Source: Pseudoalteromonas translucida KMM 520
GTDB taxonomy: Bacteria; Pseudomonadota; Gammaproteobacteria; Enterobacterales; Alteromonadaceae
Direction of reading: 5' to 3'
Length of the DNA stretch: 32,000 nucleotides
NCBI RefSeq assembly: GCF_001465295.1
Contig: NZ_CP011035.1
Span: 30,001-62,000 of the forward strand
The notes below the pieces were generated by a model. That model was not told where the DNA came from and made no database searches. It saw only the letters and a list, made by a program, of their open reading frames with translations. Made by a program: the position numbers and the translations under genes. Below are positions 25,717-32,000 of the stretch, in pieces. Position 1 is the first letter of the stretch. Every line of letters begins with the position of its first letter.

Positions 25717-25805
25717 ATTATTTTCACTCCTGTTTTTATGATCGACTTAATACTAAATTCCGTTAATATACCTTGTATATTAGTGTGCTTTTTAGCAAGC
25801 TAGGT

Positions 25806-26000
25806 AACCTGAACTTTGGATAATAAATCTATCTCAAGTAGCTACTTTCAGCGCTAACTGCGTTGAATTTACTTGCAATAGGCCAGCTATTGACGCGTAA
25901 ATTCGCCTTGTTTTCACTGAAAACCTCTGGCTAGAGAAAATAAATTTAAATATAACTATGATTTAGTATGTTAGTAAATCTCTTAACCAGAGGTCAGGTT
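25806..26000 (+). repeat. Copy 2 of the roughly 195-bp palindromic intergenic repeat
   Basis: It has the same length and orientation as copy 1. The termini AACCTGAACTTTGG ... CCAGAGGTCAGGTT are inverted repeats matching at 12 of 14 positions. Confidence 0.9.
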
Positions 26001-26108
26001 AGGTATATAAATTTTGTTATTCATCAGTGATTTAGTTTTATAAACGATGAAGTTATTTTTATATAGGGTTTAATTCAATGGGTATTAAATACAAGGAAGG
26101 ATATAGAA

Positions 26109-26720
26109 ATGCAGATTGAAGCGATTAAAGGTGTGATTTTTGATTTAGATGGCACTTTAGTGTCATCAGAATTAGATTTTTCATTAATTAAAGCGCAAAT
26201 AGGGTGCCCGTGTGAGCAAGACTTACTCGATTATATTGCCCAATTGCCTTCAGCATATATGCGCGAAGAGGCAATGAATATTGTACATCAGCATGAGTTA
26301 CTCGACGCTCAACATGCCAAAATGCTACCCGGTGTGAGTGAGGCTGTAAATGCCCTTAAAGCTAAAAATATTCCAATGGCGATCGTCACGCGCAATTTTG
26401 ACAAAGCGGCCGCTATTAAGTTACAAAATAATCCACTGCCAATAGAAATAGTGCTTACCCGAAGTGACGCGCCAGCAAAGCCCGATCCGAGTGCATTAAA
26501 TAATATTGCTACCTTGTGGAATATAAGCCCAAGTAATTTATTGTATGTGGGCGATTTTTTATATGATATTCAGGCAGCGCATAATGCCAATATGCGTGCA
26601 TGTTTATACGCCCCCGATGTTACTCCTAGTTATGCTAGTCAGGCCGATTACGTATTACATGATTTTACGCAGTTAGTTACTTTAATTGACAATTACGCAC
26701 AAAAAGTTGTGTTATGTTAA
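26109..26720 (+). CDS. HAD-superfamily hydrolase (phosphoglycolate-phosphatase-like)
   Basis: Motif I is VIFDLDGTLV, motif II VTRN, and motif III/IV K...YVGDFLYDIQAAHNA. The product is 203 aa. Confidence 0.88.
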   Translation: MQIEAIKGVIFDLDGTLVSSELDFSLIKAQIGCPCEQDLLDYIAQLPSAYMREEAMNIVHQHELLDAQHAKMLPGVSEAVNALKAKNIPMAIVTRNFDKAAAIKLQNNPLPIEIVLTRSDAPAKPDPSALNNIATLWNISPSNLLYVGDFLYDIQAAHNANMRACLYAPDVTPSYASQADYVLHDFTQLVTLIDNYAQKVVLC

Positions 26721-26851
26721 ATAGCGCTTTATTTATTTTTTTATGTAATTAGTGTGGCGTTATAAACGTTATATATTGACGTGGTGCTAGCCCAATACGT
26801 TTTGAATTGGTAAAATGTCGACAAGTTTAACGTATTCATTAGAGGTACATG

Positions 26852-27577
26852 ATGGGCAGAGCATTTGAAGTTCGTAAAAGTTCGATGGCTAAAACGGCTA
26901 ACGCAAAAACTAAAGTAAATTCAAAATACGGCAAAGAAATTTACGTTGCAGCTAAAAACGGCGAACCTGACCCAGATGTAAACCAAACTTTGCGCCGCTT
27001 AATCGAAAAGGCAAAAAAAGATCAAGTGCCTGCGCATGTTATCGAAAAAGCAATTGAAAAAGCTGCCGGTGGAGCAGGGGAGGATTACTCAACTGCACGT
27101 TACGAAGGTTATGGCCCTGGAAATTGTATGGTTATTGTTGACTGCTTAACCGATAACCCAAATCGTACTATTAAAGATGTACGTTTGCCTTTTACTAAAA
27201 CAGATTCAAAAATTGGTACACCGGGTTGTGTAGCACATATGTTTGATCATTTTGCTGTACTTGGTTTTTCAGGCGATGATGACGAAGTTGTGTTAGAAGC
27301 ACTAATGATGGCTGACGTTGATGTAACCGATGTTGAAGTTGAAGACGGTAAAGTATCGGTGTTTGCCCCACATACAGAATACTTTAAAGCTAAAACAGCC
27401 CTTGAAGAGGCGTTTGAAGGCATTAATTTTGAAGTAGACGAAATTACTTTTGTCCCGCAAGTGCATATTGAAATCACAGATGAAGAAGTAATTGCTAACT
27501 TTGATAAGTTCATCACTATGCTTGAGGATTGTGATGACGTACAAAATATTTATCACAACGCAATCATCAAAAACTAA
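26852..27577 (+). CDS. YebC/PmpR-family DNA-binding regulator (YeeN-like paralogue type)
   Basis: [60 protein letters not shown] is the typical family N-terminus. I prefer the second ATG (26852), which has AGAGG 6 nt upstream; the first ATG is at 26849. Confidence 0.9.
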   Translation: MGRAFEVRKSSMAKTANAKTKVNSKYGKEIYVAAKNGEPDPDVNQTLRRLIEKAKKDQVPAHVIEKAIEKAAGGAGEDYSTARYEGYGPGNCMVIVDCLTDNPNRTIKDVRLPFTKTDSKIGTPGCVAHMFDHFAVLGFSGDDDEVVLEALMMADVDVTDVEVEDGKVSVFAPHTEYFKAKTALEEAFEGINFEVDEITFVPQVHIEITDEEVIANFDKFITMLEDCDDVQNIYHNAIIKN

Positions 27578-27611
27578 TTAAAACTGTATATTAAAGCGGT
27601 AATAATTTTAG

Positions 27612-27648
27612 AAAAAGCGTGTTTTGTGTAAGCAAAACGCGCTTTTTT
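27612..27648 (+). terminator. Rho-independent terminator after the YebC-family gene
   Basis: The sequence aaaaAGCGTGTTTTGtgtaagCAAAACGCGCTttttt is a long stem followed by a T-run. Confidence 0.85.
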
Positions 27649-27735
27649 GTGGTTAAAAACTAATAACGGCTACTAAGATGAATGTTAGCCATTCACCTTA
27701 GTTATTAATAATGACTGGTATTTTGGGCAAATAAA

Positions 27736-27763
27736 TAAAAACCAGCACTTTGGCTGGTTTTTG
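27736..27763 (-). terminator. Rho-independent terminator after glcB
   Basis: The sequence aaaaACCAGCactttgGCTGGTtttt is flanked by A and T tracts, about 40 nt downstream of the glcB stop on the - strand. Confidence 0.7.
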
Positions 27764-27801
27764 TACGCTAACTAGGGTGTTTTATTACTTGAAGTTACGT
27801 A

Positions 27802-29985
27802 TTAAGCGCCTTGCTGCGCTTTATATTTTAAGCGGTAGCTGTGCAATAAAGGCTCAGTGTAGCCACTTGGTTGCTTAGCTCCTTCTAACACTAAGGCTAG
27901 TGCAGCTTGGTAAGCAATATTATTAGCAAGTGATTGCTCACTTATTGTCATAGGCTTGTAAGCATTGTCGTGTTCATTTTGGCCATCTACCACTTTTGCC
28001 ATTTTAGCCATGGTTGATCTAATTTGTTGCTCGCTACAAATACCATGATGCAACCAGTTAGCCATATGTTGGCTTGAAATACGCAGTGTTGCTCTGTCTT
28101 CCATAAGGCCAATATGGTTTATGTCGGGCACTTTAGAGCAGCCAATCCCTTGATCAATCCAGCGTACTACATAACCTAAAATACCTTGGGCGTTGTTTTC
28201 AAGCTCGGTTTTAATATCTTCTTTGCTGAGTAGCTCAGGCTCGTCCATTAATGGTGGGGTAAGTAGCTCATCTAAGCTGGCAATTGCACGCTTAGCAATG
28301 CTTTGTTGCTCGCAAAATACATCTACATCATGATAATGCATGGCATGCAGAGTTGCTGCTGTAGGGGAGGGCACCCACGCGGTATTAGCACCTGATTTAG
28401 GATGAGCTATTTTTTGCTCCATCATTAATGCCATTTTATCGGGCATAGCCCACATACCTTTACCTATTTGTGCTTTATGGCTTAAGCCACAAGCCAAACC
28501 AATGTCTACGTTGCGATCTTCGTAGGCGCTGATCCACGGCTCTAATTTAATAGCGGCTTTAGGCAGTACCACACCGGCGTGCATTGAGGTATGAATTTCA
28601 TCACCTGTCCTATCTAAAAATCCGGTATTAATAAATACAACACGCTCTTTTGCTGCATGAATACAGGCTTTTAGGTTAGCTGAAGTACGACGCTCTTCAT
28701 CCATAATGCCCATTTTAATGGTGTTTTTTTCTAAGCCAAGTGCTTCTTCAACCATGTTAAATAACGTGTTAGTTAACGCCACTTCTTCAGGACCATGCAT
28801 TTTAGGTTTTACAATATTGATACTTTGCGCACTGGAGTTTTTAAGCGCACTGCTAGAATTTAAGTCATGCAGCGCTGCTGTTGCAGTAAACATGGCATCC
28901 ATAATGCCTTCAAACACATCGTTACCACTTACATCGGTAATTGCAGGATTAGTCATTAGGTGGCCTACATTGCGCACAAACATCATGCTGCGGCCCTTTA
29001 AGCTTAAGGTTTCACCATTTAGCGCAGTATATTGACGGTCGCTTTGCAGGGTACGTTCGACTATGTTATCGCCTTTTTTAAACGATTCGACTAAGTTGCC
29101 TTGCATTAAACCTAACCAGTTTTTATAAACTTGTACTTTATCCTCTGCATCAACTGCAGCTATAGAGTCCTCGCAGTCCATAATAGTGGTAAGTGCAGCT
29201 TCAAGTACCACATCTTTTAAGCCTGCTTTATCTGCTTGGCCTATTGGGTGGTGGTGATCTATATGCAGTTCAAGGTGTAGGCCATTATTTTTGAGCAAAA
29301 TAACGCTAGGGTTTTGTGCTTCACCTTGGTAACCCACTAATTGTTCAGGGTTTTTTAGTTTAGTTTGTGAGCTGTCGCGTAGAGTAATTGACAGCGCGCC
29401 ATCAACAACAGAATAATTAGTACTCTCTATATGCGAGCCGTTTTCTAGTGGCAAGGCTTTATCTAAAAACTGCCTCGCGTATGCCATTACTTTAAAGCCA
29501 CGAACTGAGTTATACGTACGGCCTTTTTCGGCACCATCTTCTTCGCTTAGTACATCAGTACCGTATAGGGCATCGTATAACGAACCCCAACGTGCGTTTG
29601 CAGCATTAAGTGCAAAGCGTGCATTGCTTACCGGCACTACCAGCTGCGGCCCAGCTGTTTGTGCTATTTCGGGCTCCACATTTTTTGTTTCAATACTAAA
29701 ATTCTCAGGCTCGTTTACTAGGTAACCTATGTCGGTTAAAAATGCCTGATACTGGGCTTTATCCCAGCTTTTATTGGCCAGATGATACTCATCAATTTGC
29801 TGTTGTAGCTGCTCGCGTTTAGCAAGTAGAGCTCTATTTACTGGCGTTAATGTTTGTACAATATGCGCAAAGCGCTGCCAAAATTGCTGCTCATTTAAAT
29901 GTGTACCAGGTAATAGCTGGTTTTTAACAAAGTCAGCTAGTTGGTTGTCTACGCTGAGTCCGGAGTGAGTGAGAGTATGGGGCAT
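27802..29985 (-). CDS. glcB: Malate synthase G
   Basis: The 727-aa product is colinear with E. coli GlcB (N-terminus ...[17 protein letters not shown]..., core [39 protein letters not shown]). Confidence 0.95.
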   Translation of the reverse strand: MPHTLTHSGLSVDNQLADFVKNQLLPGTHLNEQQFWQRFAHIVQTLTPVNRALLAKREQLQQQIDEYHLANKSWDKAQYQAFLTDIGYLVNEPENFSIETKNVEPEIAQTAGPQLVVPVSNARFALNAANARWGSLYDALYGTDVLSEEDGAEKGRTYNSVRGFKVMAYARQFLDKALPLENGSHIESTNYSVVDGALSITLRDSSQTKLKNPEQLVGYQGEAQNPSVILLKNNGLHLELHIDHHHPIGQADKAGLKDVVLEAALTTIMDCEDSIAAVDAEDKVQVYKNWLGLMQGNLVESFKKGDNIVERTLQSDRQYTALNGETLSLKGRSMMFVRNVGHLMTNPAITDVSGNDVFEGIMDAMFTATAALHDLNSSSALKNSSAQSINIVKPKMHGPEEVALTNTLFNMVEEALGLEKNTIKMGIMDEERRTSANLKACIHAAKERVVFINTGFLDRTGDEIHTSMHAGVVLPKAAIKLEPWISAYEDRNVDIGLACGLSHKAQIGKGMWAMPDKMALMMEQKIAHPKSGANTAWVPSPTAATLHAMHYHDVDVFCEQQSIAKRAIASLDELLTPPLMDEPELLSKEDIKTELENNAQGILGYVVRWIDQGIGCSKVPDINHIGLMEDRATLRISSQHMANWLHHGICSEQQIRSTMAKMAKVVDGQNEHDNAYKPMTISEQSLANNIAYQAALALVLEGAKQPSGYTEPLLHSYRLKYKAQQGA

Positions 29986-30220
29986 TTTAATAATCCTTAA
30001 ACGGTCGCGATATTGTAAATTTTAGTGTGCGTAGTGTAACCATAACGTAAAAAAGGGGGGTTGAGTGCTTTTTACTCATTCATGATATGTATAGCCGCAA
30101 TAACAACTATAAATTTACTAAATCTGAAAAATAAGCCTAATGTTTAATTAAGCGCTGCAGAGCAACTAAAGCAGTCACTCTCATAACACTATAATTTACC
30201 CCGTTCAAAGGATTTTAATT

Positions 30221-31822
30221 ATGACTACATATAAAAGCGAAACAGATACATTAGCAACACTTTGTAAAAAACAAGGTAGTGCATGGAAAACCATTAACCC
30301 TGAATATGCAACACGTATGCGTTTACAAAATCGCTTTCGTACTGGGGTAGAAATTGCACAGTTTACTGCTGACATTATGCGTGAAGACATGGCCGCATAC
30401 GACGCAGATACAAGCCAGTACACTCAGTCTTTAGGTTGTTGGCATGGATTTACTGCGCAACAAATGATGATGGCTATTAAGCGCCATCAAAAAACAACTA
30501 AGCGTAGTTATGTATACTTAAGTGGCTGGATGGTTGCAGCACTTCGTTCAGAATTTGGTCCGCTTCCGGATCAAAGCATGCACGAAAAAACCTCAGTTCC
30601 GGCACTAATTGAAGAAATTTACACCTTTTTAAAGCAAGCCGATGCACGTGAGCTAGACCATTTATTTAATGACCTAGATGCAGCTAAAGCAAATGGTGGC
30701 GACGTACAAGCGGTACTCGATAAAATTGATAACTTTGAAACGCACGTAGTGCCAATTATTGCAGATATCGATGCCGGTTTTGGTAACGAAGAAGCGACTT
30801 ACCTACTCGCTAAAAAAATGATTGAAGCAGGTGCTTGTGCGATTCAAATCGAAAACCAAGTGTCTGACGCTAAGCAGTGTGGCCATCAAGCAGGTAAAGT
30901 AACTGTACCGCACGAAGACTTTTTAGCTAAAATTAACGCAGTACGTTACGCATTTTTAGAACTGGGTATTGATAACGGTATTATTGTTGCGCGTACCGAT
31001 TCACTAGGTGCGAGCCTAACGCAAAAAGTACCAGTTTCACAAACTCCAGGTGACTTAGCTAGCCAATACAATGCATTTTTAGAAACTACGCCAATTAACG
31101 GTGTTGAAGATTTAAATGAAGGCGACACTGCAATGAAGCTTAATGGCCAACTTTGCAAACCAACGCGCCTTGATAATGGTTTATTTCAGTTCCGCGAAGG
31201 CACAGAAAAAGACCGCGTAGTACTAGATTGTGTAACTAGCCTACAGTCGGGTGCAGACTTACTGTGGATTGAAACCGAAAAACCACATGTTAAGCAAATT
31301 GCTGAACTGGTTAATCGTGTTAAAGAGCAAGTGCCAAATGCTAAGCTTGTTTATAACAACTCACCGTCGTTTAACTGGACACTTAAGTTTCGTGAGCAAG
31401 TGTATCAAGAATGGCAAGAAGCAGGTCGTGACCTTAGCGCTTACCCAAGCTTGGGTGACAATAAAGGCCTTATGGCACCAGAAATGGATGCTACCGAGCT
31501 TGCAGTAGCAGCCGATTTACTAGTACAAAACTTCCAACGAGATGGTGCACGTGAAGCCGGTATTTTCCATCACCTAATCACATTGCCAACGTACCATACA
31601 GCAGCATTAAGTACGGATATTTTGTCAGAAGGTTACTTTGGTGACTTAGGTATGCTGGCTTATGTACGTGATGTACAGCGTCAAGAGATTCGTCGCGAAC
31701 AAGCGTCTGTTAAGCACCAAGACCTTGCAGGCTCTAATATTGGCGATACACACAAAGAGTACTTCTCTGGTGATAACGCGCTTAAAGCCGGTGGTGAAGA
31801 TAACACCATGAACCAATTCTAA
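30221..31822 (+). CDS. aceA: Isocitrate lyase, long (about 530 aa) form
   Basis: The 533-aa product has the catalytic-loop motif KQCGHQAGK (a variant of KKCGH), IADIDAGFGN and IQIENQ. Its size matches the long ICLs of Pseudomonas and Colwellia type. Confidence 0.93.
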   Translation: MTTYKSETDTLATLCKKQGSAWKTINPEYATRMRLQNRFRTGVEIAQFTADIMREDMAAYDADTSQYTQSLGCWHGFTAQQMMMAIKRHQKTTKRSYVYLSGWMVAALRSEFGPLPDQSMHEKTSVPALIEEIYTFLKQADARELDHLFNDLDAAKANGGDVQAVLDKIDNFETHVVPIIADIDAGFGNEEATYLLAKKMIEAGACAIQIENQVSDAKQCGHQAGKVTVPHEDFLAKINAVRYAFLELGIDNGIIVARTDSLGASLTQKVPVSQTPGDLASQYNAFLETTPINGVEDLNEGDTAMKLNGQLCKPTRLDNGLFQFREGTEKDRVVLDCVTSLQSGADLLWIETEKPHVKQIAELVNRVKEQVPNAKLVYNNSPSFNWTLKFREQVYQEWQEAGRDLSAYPSLGDNKGLMAPEMDATELAVAADLLVQNFQRDGAREAGIFHHLITLPTYHTAALSTDILSEGYFGDLGMLAYVRDVQRQEIRREQASVKHQDLAGSNIGDTHKEYFSGDNALKAGGEDNTMNQF

Positions 31823-31843
31823 TTCAACTAGATAGTGTTACGT

Positions 31844-31867
31844 AAAGGGCCGAAAGGCCCTTTTTTT
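31844..31867 (+). terminator. Rho-independent terminator after aceA
   Basis: The sequence aaaGGGCCgaaaGGCCCttttttt is a GNRA-like tetraloop hairpin with a T7 run. Confidence 0.9.
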
Positions 31868-31883
31868 ATGCGTATAATTAAGT

Positions 31884-32000
31884 AGCCTGTATGTGGATAA
31901 TAAATCTATCTTTAGTAGTTAGTTTCGATGTTAACTGCGTTAAGTTTGCTAGCTATAGCTCAGCTATTGACGCGTAAAGCTGCTTTTTTTCCTCCCCACT
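31884..32000 (+). repeat. Copy 3 (diverged, cut by the window end) of the palindromic intergenic repeat
   Basis: It shares GGATAATAAATCTATCT, TTAACTGCGTT and CAGCTATTGACGCGTAAA blocks in the same order and spacing as copies 1 and 2, and is otherwise diverged. Confidence 0.7.

Noticed and set aside
31951-31975. A tRNA-like string, agctatagctcagctattga, in repeat copy 3. TATAGCTCAG resembles a tRNA acceptor/D-arm start.
   Set aside because: No T-arm (GTTCGAATC-like), anticodon stem or CCA-compatible 3' end follows. The segment aligns with the hairpin apex of the repeat family, so the resemblance is coincidental.

Overview
This is an AT-rich chromosomal segment (about 40% G+C by eye) from a gammaproteobacterium. 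The protein sequences resemble marine Alteromonadales such as Pseudoalteromonas, but that is an inference from memory and could not be searched. I support about 26 protein-coding genes, most of them ordinary core or housekeeping functions. In order they are: a truncated FUSC-like membrane protein, ArfB, a 1351-aa SNF2 helicase, a UDG-superfamily glycosylase, a VOC protein, a three-gene PepSY-TM (FoxB/PiuB-like) membrane operon behind a Fur-box-like site, lipocalin Blc, YaiI plus a tightly coupled unknown ORF, an HUH/Y1 (IS200/RAYT-like) transposase next to a truncated ACT-like ORF, a divergent LysR and SDR pair, a small lipoprotein, a divergent LysE exporter and Lrp/AsnC pair, a SAM methyltransferase, SbcC and SbcD, a secreted M1 metallopeptidase coupled to a small secreted protein, a HAD hydrolase, a YebC-family regulator, and divergent malate synthase G and long-form isocitrate lyase. 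I saw no rRNA, tRNA, CRISPR array, prophage, or recognisable defence or toxin-antitoxin island, and I cannot point to a convincing novel multi-gene system. Five things are most worth a second look. (1) A roughly 195-bp palindromic, MITE-like or structured-RNA-like repeat occurs three times in the same orientation in intergenic DNA (16826-17020, 25806-26000, 31884-window end). (2) The Y1 transposase is bracketed by inverted ATGGGTGTCAT mini-hairpin motifs and appears to have truncated a small gene. (3) The SNF2 protein has an unassigned N-terminal region of about 900 aa. (4) The Fur-box-preceded PepSY operon has no adjacent TonB-dependent receptor. (5) An orphan intrinsic terminator, possibly marking an sRNA, lies in the 460-bp AT-rich gap upstream of the M1 peptidase. 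All family assignments come from motif reading and memory, not database searches.
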